Below, in pieces: positions 1 to 14,894 of a stretch of 64,000 nucleotides of DNA. The first letter of the stretch is position 1. Each line of letters starts with the position of its first letter. Source of the DNA: Alloascoidea hylecoeti (Eukaryota). A model generated the notes under the pieces. It was given only the letters and a program-made list of their open reading frames with translations, had not been told where the DNA came from and made no database searches. The position numbers were made by a program, and so were the translations under genes. The DNA lies in assembly GCA_001600815.1 (NCBI GenBank), contig BCKZ01000006.1, positions 621,048 to 685,047 on the forward strand, in the 5' to 3' direction.

Positions 1-397
1 CAACTGTTGAAACTTGAACTGAGCTAAGAACCGATGAGTAACTAACAACACTGGAACTAACAATTGGAGAATAACTGGTATGAACAGATGTAACGGTGGA
101 AGCAGAAGCAGAGGACGAAGTAACGGGAACGATAGAGGTAACAGGAACGGTTGTTTTAATTGTGCAAGGACAATTTGTGATGGTGAGGGTTGTGGCTTCA
201 GTCGCAGTGTAAGTGACGTCGTTTTCAACGAGTGTGGTAGGATAAGGACAGTAGGTGGTGTATTCGGTAACGACGGCGGTAGTTTCCACGTTGGAGACTG
301 TTGTGGTTAGAGACACGGAAGAGTTTGAGTATCCTGAGAACGAAGCGAGCGTGGAGGATACAAGTCCTAGCACAGCGAGTGGCGTAAAGGACTTCAT
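1..397 (-). CDS. Ccw12/Sed1/Spi1-type Ser/Thr-rich cell-wall protein, 3' end runs off the window
   Basis: Not in ORF track. Manual translation from ATG at 397: MKSFTPLAVLGLVSSTLA (signal peptide)...[43 protein letters not shown] then S/T/V-rich, open to the window edge. TEYTTYCP...TITxCPCT is the Ccw12/Sed1 repeat motif. Confidence 0.9.
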   Translation of the reverse strand, partial: MKSFTPLAVLGLVSSTLASFSGYSNSSVSLTTTVSNVETTAVVTEYTTYCPYPTTLVENDVTYTATEATTLTITNCPCTIKTTVPVTSIVPVTSSSASASTVTSVHTSYSPIVSSSVVSYSSVLSSVQVSTV

Positions 398-456
398 AGT
401 AAGACAATTGAAGAGTGAGGGTGTGAAGATGAGGAAAAGAAAGGGGAAAGCTGGCC

Positions 457-464
457 TTTATATA
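457..464 (-). promoter_or_regulatory. TATA box of the cell-wall gene
   Basis: TATATAAA on minus strand about 60 nt upstream of the ATG at 397. Confidence 0.6.
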
Positions 465-3121
465 ATAAATATCGAGATCTGATTTAAACAGAAGGTTGGA
501 AATAAAGCTCAACATTATAATTATTTCATGCAGGGAAGCACGTTAATATTTTAATCAGTCTTTGCTGGTGGTATCTATTTATAGCTTTATACTGCTCGTG
601 TGAATTGTAATATGGTAATTCTCGGTCGAATCACTATTACTAAAAAATACTCAGCTTAAAAGGGTTATTATGCATTTCTGTATTCATGCAGAAATGCAGT
701 CGTAAAGCGCGCATTTCTAGAATTACTACCCTTTTGGGAATAAGCTTTAACTACATATTGTTTACATTTTGGACAGAATGATAAGTTGAACTCGAGAATT
801 CAGAATTTCCGCATTACCAAATTACTGTCAATTCTATAGCAATTATAGAAATAGCTATTAGATATCGTAAATATTGTGATTGAAATTTTAAATCCCTTCT
901 AAAAATTTATGAGGTGCGCACGCACTAGTTAAATTAATTGCATTTCTTAAACAAGTTTCAGAATAAGCACGGATTAACATAATTATGATATAATTATACA
1001 ATTATATAATTACATGCTATATTCATAATTGTAAAATGAAACAAGCTTAAGGAAGAAGTTGGGACCGTAATTAGGTTCGTGTAAAATTTTTCCAGCTGAA
1101 AATTTCACGAACACAAGTGGAACGAGTTGCAATTGGGTCTGTAACAGTAACCGGAATGAGAAATTGAGCTAAGAATGAAGAAAGGGGGATGCCACAACAA
1201 TTTGATAGCAAATGCCCCAGCAATGCCATCTCGGAGCACTTGAGTTTTCCTACCAATTATTAGCCGTTCTGCCCGTATTTCAGGTACCAAGTCTCGTATT
1301 GGACTGATCGTTTGAATGTTTCAAATCGGATGTCGAATTCCCATCGCGTCGGAACACCGGTAACCTCGGAAATGTTCTGAGCCCACCTTATTTGTGCTGA
1401 TCACATTAATCGTCGGAGGCATTGGAGCTCCAATGGAGGGTGGCTCTTCGTCAGACTCCCGTAAATGGATTTTAACACTTGTTAATCCGCTTCACGTGGA
1501 AGGGGTGTTCTCAAGTGCATATATTAATTGCATAATTTAAATCTGCAACTAACCTCCTTCTAATATCAATAGGCCAACTGCCATAGCTGTCTTCCCAATA
1601 TCGCCATAAAATACCGTAATTGGGCTCAACAAGGGTGATGATTATCCAAGCCCACGTTTAAACATTATATTAAGAATCCAAGATAGAATTACATATTATA
1701 ATCTAACCCGAACGTTCTCAGTGACAATGAACTTACTTGCCAATTAAACCTCCTTTTCTTTTTCCAATGCATTTTTTTCTAGGTATAATTATAAGGCTTA
1801 GAGTTATAAACTAATAATAGATAGCCATATAATATATAAATAACTCCATGCACGATGAATAATCATGATGATCATGATGGAATTAATTTATTAATATTCA
1901 GGTCTGCTGTTCACTCAAAAATTTTAAAACATGTTATAATTATTATTAAATTTTTACAACTTTTATGATTAACATGAATCATTTTTTCGATTTCCATAAA
2001 TGTAAATGTAGGTACCGCACTTTTACACTCATAAATTTCGATGATACAGGTATTACAGGTTATATAGATGTTAGATAGTAGCTAATAGAGCGGGTCTGAT
2101 TTACTACAACAAAGAACAGTCCAACGGTTTCAAAACCTCTCTTCAAAGCAATTGATCTCGGCTTTTCCGTCATCTTCCTTTTTTGAACTTACAACTATTC
2201 TTATAATTAGCTTCTCTGCCAATCCAATTTTAATTACAGGGATACTTTTTAAAATGTTATAAGCCCATTTGGGTTGCAACTGGCCTCTGCTGGATCATCG
2301 ATTAGGGTCGTTGTATTAGCTTTCTAAGCCCATTTAATATTAGAATACATACAATCTAGATCTGATCTGAGCGTCCGAACATAGTTCAGAAACTCCAGAT
2401 GTGCTCGAAAGAATTTCAATTTTCAATGTTAATGTAAGACCCGTGACCCTTCTAGGTTGTATTTTGGTGTTCTGATTCCAATTAATCAAGTGTAACACTA
2501 ATAGTGGTATTCTCGAAGTCCTTAAATGCATTGGATGTTTGATGGCAGGGACTATAGTACACCATCATAAACTTTAATGGTTATGTATTGTGACGACATA
2601 CTACTAGGCTGTGCTATAGCTAGCTATAGGTTCACCACTATCGCAATACTAACACATGTGTAATAATAAATATCTGCAAATGAAACTTTGAATTCTAATA
2701 GGCCTAGATTCAATTAAATCCCATGTAAACAAACATATACCAAAATATTACCAATTGCAAGATGGTTTATGTACATGGCCAATTGCAAAAAGGAGGTGGA
2801 CCACAACGGCAGATCACTAATAATGGCCCAGTATATACGACAATTGCAACGCGATCTAGCGCCTGGTTATGTTATATCTTTGGACCTACAATAGACAGGT
2901 TTGAAATTTAAAATATATATCAATTAACATAAATAGAGATTGTTCTATTTCAGGTTTTATATAATAAGAGGAAATCTTTTAAAAATACTAGTACTCATTT
3001 TATAATCCTTTTATACATCCTAATTCTTAATTCTCAGACAAGCTTTAAAGAACAAAGAGAAATAAAAAAAGATTCACAGGCGGAAAATTGCTGTTAGAAA
3101 TTGCAATTAGTTATCAATAAA

Positions 3122-6100
3122 CTAAAAGCCACCGGGGAATCCGGTACCCTGAGGCATTAAGCCAGTTGGTTGAGGAATAAATCCCGTTGGCTGAGGAATG
3201 AACCCAGTTGATTGTGGCGCTACTCCAACCCCTGGTCCAGCTGTTAGTAGTAATCTATTTCCTAATATTGAACCACCATTAGACTCTTCTTCACGAGCTG
3301 GTGTTTCTTTCTTCTTCCTTTCCTCATTATCCTTTTCTAATAATTTAAGACGTTCTGTACGTTCTCGAAGAATTGAAATGTTATAAGGCATTGTGTAATC
3401 TTTCAAATTATGTAGCCATTGTAATTCTTCAACTACATCTTCGTGAATCAAATCATAACAAGTAAACAATGTAGCAACGTATGCTTCCTTATTACCTGTA
3501 TCAACAAAATATCTTAATAGATCTTCTGCAACTTGTGTCTTTTGAGATGCTGCTGCCGTTTCAATAGAGTCTTTCCATAATTTATCTTCCTTTGACAAAG
3601 AAATTGATTTAGTCCATTTCTTATTCTTTCGGAATAAATATGCTGCAATTTGCCTAAAAAAAATTAAATCATGTTTTTCTAATCGTTGCGCTAAATCAAT
3701 TGGATCATATCTATCAAAAGAATCAACTGAATCTCTTAATGCTTTATAATCTTCCTCTTCAATCAATAAATCATGGTATGCAGAATTAACAATAGAATTA
3801 TTCTTAGTTTGAACTGCAACAAGGAATGGTTTAATCATTGGTAAGTTATCAGACTTTTGAAATATCTTAACAACTCTAGCAACATCAATTCTTGGTGTTA
3901 ATGCAGCCAATAAATCTGTTAATAAACTAGGTTGTTCAGACATGTAAAAATTAATAGCCTTATAATAAATTTCCAAATTAGCTACCTTAACAATAACTTC
4001 CTTAAAACTACTATGCTCAAAAGCATCTGCTGATCTTTCCATCATTGCTAAAGCTGCATTATCCCATTCATCATAATGACAATATAAGAAAACTAATTCA
4101 GGCCAAAGATGTGCTTCTTCACATGCAATAATAGCCTTTGGAATATTGATTCTTGACCAGAATAATTTCAAATGTTCCATCATTTTAGGTGGATCATATT
4201 TAGAGTATAAAACAGCCAATTCAGTAAACATACCCATATGTGCTCTTTCCAATCCGAGACCTTGTTCAAATAATGAAATTAATTCATTAAAGTATCCTTG
4301 GGATTCATATTTCTCAACTAAGTCATATAATTCTTCAGCATGAACAATCAAGTTTAATCCACAAATTTGTGCTAATCTAAATTCCTTATTCTCAACACAT
4401 GCATCATTAACTTGTTTCCATACTTTAACATTACTAGCTTTTCTAGCTGAGTCAACAGCTGATTGATAATCTCCCAAAAACACCAAAGTACTTGCTAATT
4501 TAGCCCAGTTTGAAATAGAACTATATAAAATCTTAGCTGCTTTATAATTAGCTTGCTCATATAATTTATCTCCAACTGATTCTATATCTGCAACATTAGG
4601 TGATTTCAATAAATCTTCCATTTCATGTAATTTATCAGTTGCTGCATAACTGAAAAGCAATTGTCCATCAATACTTGCTTCTCTAGTTTGTTCTCTAGCC
4701 ATCAATAAATATGGAATTAATTCTTCATCTTTACCAGCACGTGTTGAAATCTCCATAACTTCTGCAAAATTACTTGCATCTTTAGCTTTAATATATGATT
4801 CAATAGCATCTGCAACTCTTATAACATTTAATTGTGCTTTACCCAATTGACTCCAAAGTTCTGGTGTATCAATAGTTTCTACATATGTTTCCGCACGATC
4901 TAAAGACATGATTTCATCAACAAGAACACCTAACGCTTCAGAATGTTTATTGTATTTCTTGTAAATTTCAAAAGCTTCTTCATTTAAATTATTCTCAATA
5001 GCAATACCAGCAATATCATCAGGATCATATTTATCAAGTTTATCAATGTATCCCATAACTTTAGCTTTATCTGAATTAATAGCTGTTAAAATCAATAATC
5101 CTTGTAAATTAGAATTCTCACTGAAAGGACTTGGTTCCAAAATAATCTTTTCTAATAATTCAATCAATTCAACAGGTAAATCAGCAGTCATAAAAGCTTT
5201 TACTGCAATAGAAACATGTTCTGGATTATCTGATTCAGGAACAGCAGTACCAACAACTTGATCAATTAAAGCACGTCTATGAATATTATCATCACTTAAT
5301 ACAGCACTCCATAAATCCAAATTACCAGATTTTAATAAATATCTTGCTTGATATTTATACATTGAATTTTCATTTGTAATATGAATTAATTCAAAATCAT
5401 TATGACCTTTATCATAAGCAATATAGGCTAAATAAGGATCTCTTTTTTCACAATATTTACCAACAACCAAAGTATTATAATTATCATTTTCTTTTAAAAA
5501 TTTTTCTGGATTGTTATTACTATCAATGTAAATTTTAGCTAAAGCATCATATAATGCTGGCTCAGTATTTGAACCACCACTCAATGAAGCTTCCAAGAAT
5601 GGTAATAAGATCTTAAGTCTATTTCGTTTTTCAACTTCTTCAACCAATGGTTCAATTGGAACTTGACCAATAACACTTTGTAATAAAGCCTTAATGACAT
5701 TTTCATCACAATCAACGTCTAACAAACCAGCAACGACTTGTGGTGTTCTAGATGGATTAACTTGTTGAACATAAACTTCGATAAATTTAAATAATTGATT
5801 ATGATACAAATATAAAACCAAATCATGAATAAAATCAAATCGATCACAAACAATAATAAGAGGTAATTGATCTGGTAAATTGGCTTCTTTTAAGAAATTC
5901 TTAACTTTCTCTGCATTATAGAAATTATTATCACGAACAACTCTTTCAACTTCTTTAATTTGATCTAATTTAACAGCAGATTCAATATATTTGAAAACAA
6001 TATCAGCATCATGAGATAAATTCACAATACTACCTAAATAGTAATATAAACCTTCATATGATTTAAACTCATCAAAGATCTTAATTAGAGTTAAAGGACC

Positions 6101-8239
6101 AATTAAATCACTATATTTAGTAGCAACTTGAATTACTATTTGTAAGTTTTGTGCATTGTTGGTTTTTAACATTTCAGTTAAACAAGAAACAGTTTGCTCC
6201 ACATTTAATTTACCAAAGTAATTAACCAACCATTCAGGATTTAATACATTAGTATGAACAATAACCCTTTTGATGTCAGCAATATCATCATAATGTTCTA
6301 AAGCACGTTGAAATAAACCAGCACGTTCACATAATTTGGCAATAGTTGGTCTATCATAATGGGAAAACATCTCATTACCTAAAATGGCATCTGCAACTTG
6401 AGGAGCATTCAATAAATTAACTTCTAATAATCTTGTTTGTAAATGTCCTTGATCAGGATTATTATCTTTCAAAGCATCCAATAAAAATGCTGTTCCTTGT
6501 TGAATCAAATTTTGAGAGAAAAATACATCAGCAATACGTTCAACATTAATATCTTGACCTTCACTTTCTGTAGCCAATTGTGTTGCAAACTCAGTGGCTT
6601 TATCGGGATTAGAACGAACAATAGTTTGTAACAAAATTGTATAATCTGGATGATAATTAGCCTTCTTACAATATGGCAAAATCTTTTCAAAATGTCCTAA
6701 TTCAGCAAGTGCAGCAACAACTTTAACACTAGCTTTAGCACGTAAATAAACAGCCAAAGCTAAAGTCAAATCATAAGATCTAACAATATCACCAAGTTCT
6801 TCAGAAGATTCAAGTTTATCCTCTTTCAACCATTTTTCGAAAAGTGGCTTACGATCTTGTTGTAAAACAGGTTTAGCCAATTCGATAGATTCAAACTTGT
6901 TCAAACTACCTTTATCTAATAAAGTACTGAAATATTGTAAGATTGGGGAAATCTGGCCAGGTGGTGCTTGAATTGTTTTCAATCTGTTGATTGTTTCTGG
7001 GGTTCTTAGAATAGATTGAGGTGAAGAAGCAGCAACTTTAGCAGCATCCAAGTATTGTCCGGTATTCAACAATTTATTGAATTGCTCTTTGAACAATTGG
7101 TCGGCACCTGGTAATCCCTCACCTCTGGTGGCCAAGGACAATGCCAAAGGAATATTAGACAGCTTATTCAAAACATATGGCACCAATTTCTCCCTTGCAA
7201 TAGCAACAGAAAGAACTTGACCACGTCGATTAATGGCGATAATACCGGTATGTTTGTCGTAAGGAGCAGCAGTGAAAACGGAATCAGAAGAAATACGATT
7301 CACAAAAATATTAGCACCAGATTCCAAATCGTAAATGTGGATGAATCCATATTTAGTTAAAAGATAGATAATTCCGTATGTGTTAGATACCTGAAGACTG
7401 ACTGGGAAATCATTTGCTGCATCTTGTGGGAAAAACACACCAACTGTTTTCTTTTGATACGGAGGATTTCCTTCTTGATGATCAATCTCAATGATATGAA
7501 GTTGACCTCCAGCAGCAGTTCTATTTGCACAAACAAACAATCTTGTATTATTTAAAGTTGCAAAGGCAGCAACGTGACCTTCTATCGCTTGAGAGATATT
7601 TCTGGCCTGAGAATACAATTGCGTGTGGCCAACAATGCGACCTTCTTCTTGTGCGATACCTGTTAAAGCTGTCCAGGTTTTTTCGACATTGGCGACGTAA
7701 TTGATGATCTGGGAATTAGCAAGGGATGGATGGCGGTCGGTGACCTTCTTGGGGCCAGAGGGCGTGCCATCAAATACTTCACAGTGGTAGATTGAGGAAG
7801 TGGTGACAAGTCCTAATGTGGTGGCATCGAGCCATTTCCAGAAGACGACTGGTTCACTCATTGAAAAGGATTTGAGCCGGGACTTTGAATCAAGGTGGAA
7901 AATCTGAATAGTTGTACCCTGTGCTCTTAAAGCAATGACATTCTGAGCGGGATTCATGATGGCGGAATCGGCGGACATATTCTTTCTAATATGGGAGTTA
8001 TTGTTTTGGAGATCAACAATGACAACCGAGTTGCCGGATGGAGATTGTTCTCGTATACTACAAAAAAAGGTTAGTTTCACGATAATAGCCCCCATCATGA
8101 TAATGATAGATTTTGGAGAGACTCACCAGATGTAATGATCGGAGTCAAGAGTAGTAGACCTGAACTCAATGGAGGCTTCACCGACCCCGATGGCCGTGAG
8201 CTGTAGATGTTCCTGGAACTCAATTGGTAAGTCTTCCAT
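3122..8239 (-). CDS. CHC1: Clathrin heavy chain; exons 8239-8127 and 8057-3122 (~1682 aa)
   Basis: Terminal domain (MSADSAIMNP, DFPVSLQVS) and CHCR repeats (GLERAHMGMFTELA). Exon 1 MEDLPIEFQEHLQL...DHYI(C) joins IREQ in frame via a 69-nt intron 8126-8058 (GTGAGT...AACTAAC...TAG). Confidence 0.97.
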
Positions 8240-8424
8240 GGCTTGTTACAAGTGGGTGTGGAATTAATAGTGAGAAGGGAGTGTTTTGAAATGAAAAGTG
8301 GCACTTTCGGTCACATGTCACATGATATACCAATAACATCAAAGACTCAAAAATCAACTTAATATTAATATAGCTATATAATGTATGTAAAATGTAAATG
8401 TTTAGTCTAAAATTCTATCAAATG

Positions 8425-11400
8425 TCAATTCTCGAACTTCTGTTTGGCCAGTTCGATCAGAACGTTCAATTCTCCACTGTCCTCACACATCTTCCTGAAG
8501 CTTGATGTAGGGTTGCTGATCAGTGTATACGGATTATCATATTCGACCACTTCACCAGCATCCATAACCAAAATCATATCATAATCAATAATACTCTTTA
8601 ACCGATGTGCAATTGTCAAAATCGTACTTCCCGAAAATTCCTCTCTAATTGAATGCTGAATCTTAGCATCTGTATCATAATCGATTGATGCAGTAGCTTC
8701 ATCCAACAATATCACTTTTGGAGATTTCAATAAAGATCTCGCCAAACACATTAATTGTCTTTGACCTTGTGATAAGTTACTACCACCTTCAGTAACAGGG
8801 TTACTTAAATCTAAAAATTGATTAATATTTTCACCTGAATTATCTGTGGGTGTAGTATTACTAGAACTTTGTAATTGTAATTGTTGAGCAGTTTCGTGTT
8901 CACCAGGTTCGATTAAACTAACCCTTCTTAAACTTTCAAAAATCTCCTCATCACTAAATTGATCAAAAGGATCTAAATTTGATCTAACTGTACCAGTGAA
9001 TAATGTTGGATCTTGAGGAATAATTGTAATAGCCTGTCTTAAACTTCTCAATCCAATTTTTGTAATATCGACACCATCTATTGTAATTTTACCAGTTTCA
9101 GGATCTAAAAATCTAAAGAATGCAGTAATAATTGTTGATTTACCAGCACCTGTTCTTCCAACTATACCAACTTTCCATTTTGATTTAACATCGAATGAAA
9201 CATCTTTAATAACTAATGGTAAATCAGCGGCATATCTTAATGATACATTAGAAACTGAAATTTCACCATTTTCTGGCCAGGATGAATCAGGTTCATTTTC
9301 TGGAATTTCAGCTGGTGGTTCTTGTTCAATTTCAAGATATTCAAAAATACGCTCAACTGAATTCATATTAATTTCCAATTGTGAAAACATTCTAACTAAC
9401 CATAATGCATTTTCACTAAAAGTAATAGCATATGATAAAGATAAACCAGCCAAACCAGCATCTAATTTATCAATATTCCAAATAATGAAAGCACCGGCAA
9501 AGAAGGAAATAAAAGCACCAATCAAATCAGTACGTAATGATAACCATCTGTTAGCAACCCAAAGATAAAAGAAAGGTCTATTATTTGTATCAACTTTTTC
9601 CAAATTATCCCTAATGAATTTTCTTGAATCACCATATGCTCTAATAGTTGGCACACCAACCAAAGTTTCTCCAAACAATTGATGAATAGGGGATTTTGTA
9701 ATAGATTCTAATCGTTTCAATTCCCTTGAAGATGTTAAATAATAAGATCCAACTAAATAATAAACGAAGAAAATTATAAATGCCATTAATAAAAACCCTG
9801 GTGTAATGAAAGCAATCACCATAATTGTTGTTATACAACCAGCAACTGTTTGTAATGTATGATCAGCAGATTGAGCAACTTCTTGATCCAATGCTTCAAC
9901 ATCTTTTGAAAATCGATTGATTATTCTACCGACTGGTGTTGAATCGAAAAATCTTAATTTGGCTCTGAAAACTCTGTTTAATAATTTTCCAAATAATTGT
10001 GTTGATATATCAAGCCCACAGAAACTAATTAAAACAATTCTGATACATATTATTAACGTATATGTTAATCCAATAAGACCATAAATGATAATATAATACA
10101 TGGGACTATGACCAGTAAGATCATTAACTGCAGCTTTATAAAATGTTTGTAGAGGTGTTAATACGATAAAATTAATGAGATTTGTATAATAACTAAGTGT
10201 TGTTAATAAAATTTGAATAATAAATTTAGTATAGTGAGAAATGTTATTAATAATAACACTTTTTTCAGTGAAACCAGCTACTACAGCAGCAACTTTATAA
10301 GAAGGATGGGAAGCCCATTCTCTCATCCACCATGATTGTAAAACATTAACCATTTGTCCAACAATGAAAAACCCAAATAATAACAACCATAATGTAATAT
10401 GACTTGAATTTTTAAGATAATTAACATAGGCATCTCTTGAAACATTTCCTTCAGTTTTAGTTTCTTCATTAACAAGCTTACTATTTCCTTTTGGTTTAGC
10501 ATCATCTTTTTTCTTGTCTGTATTTTCAACTGTTGAAGTTGGCAATGCACTTGTATCATTTAATGATGTTAAAGATGCAGAAGATATTGATTGTTCAAGA
10601 TGAGTAGAATTAATATGTTCACCTAATAAATTTTGCTTGAGAACTTCATTTGGAGTACCTTGCCCTTTAATTTTACCGTTATCAAGAACTACCACCAATC
10701 CAGCTTTTTTAATTGTTAGAGCAACACTATGAGATACTAAAATAACGGTTCTACCTTCCATTAATGGTCCAGTAATACACATTTCATAAATATGGGCTGA
10801 AGTATGAGAATCAACAGCACTTAAACAATCATCTAATAAAACATATTTTGCAGTTGAATATAAAGCTCTTGCTAAAGATAATCTTTGTTTTTGTCCACCG
10901 GATAATGCAACACCCTTTTCACCAACTTCTGTTTGATCACCATTATCTAAAATTTCTAAATCTCTTGTTAAAGCACATGCTTTGATAACCTCATTATATT
11001 TTTTTTCATCATATGGAGAACAGAAAATGATATTATTTTTAACAGTTTCATTTAAAAGCCATGCTGTTTGTGAACAATAAGCAACAGATTCGGTTAAACC
11101 AGTTTCTTTATCAACTACTAAATCTTCATGTGGTTCAACACCTGGTAAATAAATATGACCAGAGAGTTTATCCATTTCACCTAAAAGAGCCATTAATAAT
11201 GATGTTTTTCCAGATCCAGTTGGGCCAAAGATTAAATTTAATTCACCAATTTTGAAATCAATAGATAAATTTTTCAATTGGAAACTTGTTGGAGATTTTG
11301 AATCCCATGCAAATGAAGCATCTTTAAATCCAATTAATGGATTACCAGGACCTTTTGGTGATGAGGTTAATTGCTCATATTTAGTTGTTTCTTCTTCACT

Positions 11401-13523
11401 AAGGAATTTTTCAATACGATCCAAGGAAACTTTAGATTGAAGAACCTCACTTGTAAGAAAAGCAAGTTCATCTAAGGGACTTCTTAAAAGATTAAATAAA
11501 GCTAAAGCGGTAAAAGCAATTGGAGTAGTTAAGACTTTTTTAGCAACAAATATATACCAACCAAATGATAAGAAACAAACGAGAGTTGGAGTGAATACCC
11601 AAATAAAAGCATTAAATGACCAGAAAACAGTAACTTTTTTAATTGTTTTAACTTCTTTACTTCTAATTTTTAAAACTTTTTCAGTAAATCTATTTTCCCA
11701 TGCAAAAAATTTAATAATTCTAATAGAATGTAAAATTTCATTTAATGCTTGAATTCTTTTATCAGTAATTGCCAAAATTTCCTTTTGCATTTTTGAAAAT
11801 TTACCAGCAAACCAATAATTTAATGGCATAGCTGCTAATATAGCACTTGCACCAACTAAAGCACTATAACCTAATAGGTTATAAAGTAAATAAATTGCAA
11901 GTACTGCTTTAATAATGGCACCAAATAGAAAATGTAAATAAGCACAAATTTCAGATAATTTAAAAGTATCAACAGACATTAAATTAATAACTGCACCTAG
12001 ATTTGCTTGCTTCTTTGATTCTTCAGGTTCAGTTGTAACTTCCTTATCATCATCATCATCATTTTCATCTTTATTCTTCTTATCCTCTTCATCATCATCA
12101 GTTATAGATCCAGAATTACCGGTAACAACTTTACGTTTCAAAGCCTTTGCATAAATTTCAGAAATTATAATGGCACGCATTTGAAGACAAATTCTTCTAC
12201 CAATAAATAAAGCTTGTCCCGAGGCAACGCTATCTAAGATAGTGAATGATAAAGATAAGAAAACCAAAGACCAACAAACAGATAAGGGGTATTTCTTTGG
12301 ATCGTTAACAAATTCCAAAATCAATTTTAGTGTGACTGATGGAGCAAACACTAAAATAGCATCAATTGTTGCCCAGATCATTTGTAAACAAAGCGAATAC
12401 TTGAAGAAATTAACTATTCGTATTGTAAATCTTATACTTGATGGGAATTTGTTCTTGAAGTCTTGAACAACAAATATAGCATGGTCACTACCTTTCAAAT
12501 CCCAAACATCTTCAATATTTAATGCCTTTGAGTAACCTTTTTTAAGTAATGGACTTGCCCATTCATAAGTAATGAAGGAAAGTAAATTAATATTTGATTC
12601 AGAAGATGGAGTCATTCCTTCTCTAACATATACCTCATTTGGAGCATCTCTTACTTTTGCAGTATATTCGATACCCACAAGGATAATATTTATGATGAAA
12701 GTACTAGTATAATATTTTTTGATAATTGATGGTGGAGGATTAACCAAAGCAGATCTAATATTTATAACCGATATGAATAAAAATAATGTATAAATTATAA
12801 TAGTATGAACCCATAACGAAGGTAAGAATTTAAATGAGAAAGTTTTAGAATTAAGTAATCGAATGGTAGATAATGTTAATAAGTAAGTTGTTAACAAAAT
12901 TGAAACATTTAAAACATTACCAAATTTTTCAAAGTAACGAGTCGCTTGAGGGCTGGACCATAGATAACTAGCAGAAACTAAATGGACAATCAGTAAAAAT
13001 TCTTCAATAAATAAACCAAGCATTTCAATATTTGATTTATAAACCAATTTAATGATTGAATTTTTGGTTGTTCCGCTTAGAAATGCATTTGCAACTTCAA
13101 AATGGGATTCCTTTAATATTTCAGGATCCAATGAATCAGGCTCAGAATCGGAGCTCAAAGAAGAAGATGAGCCGTAAGTACGTTCTCTGGAATATTCATG
13201 ATCAGTAACGGGTTTCGTTCTTTTCGAAGAGGCCAATAATGGTGAAAGTTCGTCTGATATTGACGATGGAGATAAGCGGCTTTGAGGTTTTTTTCCATAA
13301 ACGAGTTGAGAAAGGGATTCAATCAGGATGAATAAGACGGATAGCGATAGAATTATCAGTGGAAAATAGGTCTCAATGTAGCTAAAAAACCAAACACATT
13401 AGAACAATTAACGATATTTCTGACAGAAAATGATGAGAATACGTACCTATGGCGAAAACAGTCAGAAAAGTCGTCTACTTCCCAAATACCGCAACGGGAC
13501 GGTGGTGCAGAAGAGTTGGACAT
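8425..13523 (-). CDS. YBT1: ABCC/MRP transporter, Ybt1/Vmr1-like; exons 13523-13447 and 13381-8425 (~1677 aa)
   Basis: Two TMD-NBD halves (GPTGSGKTS, LSGGQKQR; GRTGAGKST, LSQGQRQL). The track's TTG start is internal: the frame stays open to 13381 and a 65-nt intron 13446-13382 (GTACGT...TTCTAAT...TAG) joins exon 1 MSNSSAPPSRCGIWEVDDFSDCFRH, resembling the Ybt1-type N-terminal C-x-x-W-x-x-DD motif. Exact paralog assignment uncertain. Confidence 0.85.
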
Positions 13524-13945
13524 TTGTGTGGGACTAATTATTTCTACTGGGAAAAAAGAAAGTGGAAAGGAAAAAATATTGAAAATAATAATTGGATTTA
13601 AGCGGATTATAAAATATTAATATTAATAAGATTTTGGTGATTACTATGATTATTTTACCTTTTCTTAAACTACTCATACAGACTCATACATGCAAATACG
13701 GTTGGAGAGGCTCTAATCTGTTTTGTTTTTGTTTTTGTTTTATGTGTCATATTTCTGTCCCTTTTTTTAAATTTACTTTCTTACTTTTATATTCAGATTT
13801 CCGAAAAAGTTCAACTTCGAATTCCTAACTTGTTTATCTTTATCTTTATGTTTATGTTTATGTATTTAGATTTACTTATGTATTTATTTGGTTGTAGCAC
13901 AACTTCGCAATCGTAAGATCAGCGCATATTTGCAATTCCACGAGT

Positions 13946-14894
13946 TTATTTCGACTCTGTAGGAGTGCTGGGTGATTCAGTGGCTTTGGTGACTTCGGAG
14001 GTTTCAACCGCCTTAGTCTTCTCAGCCCCTGATGCTGCCTCTTCACGTTGTTCATGTTCATTGATCTGAGAATCGATCGCAACGGTAACAACAATTGGTC
14101 TGTTACTAACGGTTTTACCGTTGAATTCCTCTATAACCTTCTTTTGAACTTCCTCATTCTCAAATCTGACAAATCCAAACCCACGTCCCTTTGGTTGTTG
14201 TCCAGTTTCCTTTAATCTTCTGAAAACAAAAGCAGGAACTTTTCTTCTTGGGACATAGGCCCAAACCGGTTTAAATTCAGCAAAAACCTGCAGTAGCTCT
14301 TCTCTTGAAAGGTTATAATCTAAGTTATTAACAAAAACTGTGGTTTTTGATGGAGTACCATCCTCTGGTTTACCTCGATGTTGTTGATGAACAAACTGTG
14401 CTGGTGGTGGTCTACCATAATTGTTAGGTTGTTGATGGTGTTGTTGTTGTTGTCTAGCTTGAAATTCTTCTCTTTGCTTTTGCTTTTTAGCAGCATCATA
14501 AGGAATTGCAGGACTAATTGAAACAACACGACCTTTTAACTCACCACCACTAAGGTCCTGGATAACCTTATCCGCCTCTTCCTTGGTTTTAAAATCAGCA
14601 AATGCAATTCCAATAGGTCTAGTGAAAGGATAACCGGTTCTTCCAATATGAGTTCTTGTTGGAATGATGAAATTGGTTCTATCAATTATAAAATAATCTT
14701 GTTAGTATATATGACAATAATAATAATAATTGTAACAATGTAAATACTCACGGTTTAAAATTTTTCAAAAATTCAGACAAATCCTCCTTTGTGACCGAAT
14801 AGTCCACATTTCCGAAATAAAGACGAACATCAGTTGATTGATCTTCTTTAATTGAGACCTCACTAACTTTTTTTGTAATTTCTTCAGTAGACAT
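13946..14894 (-). CDS. RRT5: Two-RRM RNA-binding protein, Rrt5-like; exons 14894-14752 and 14678-13946 (291 aa)
   Basis: Coding frame missed by ORF track. RRM1: LYFGNVDY...RPIGIAFADF; RRM2: VFVNNLDY...KGRGFGFVRF. 73-nt intron 14751-14679 GTGAGT...TACTAAC...TAG keeps the frame. IIPT and PIGIAFA match my recollection of S. cerevisiae Rrt5 (LIPT, PLGIAFA). Confidence 0.8.

Noticed and set aside
80..515. Track ORFs 80-310, 225-515 and 255-482
   Set aside because: Antisense or off-frame shadows of the real minus-strand cell-wall gene starting at 397
1076..1111. Imperfect palindrome ttcgtgtaaaatttttccagctgaaaatttcacgaa
   Set aside because: Single, AT-rich, needs indels; no tRNA or snoRNA features
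2060..2560. Protein-like fragments on the minus strand, including track ORF 2340-2531
   Set aside because: No recognisable motif or consistent frame; cannot be distinguished from chance
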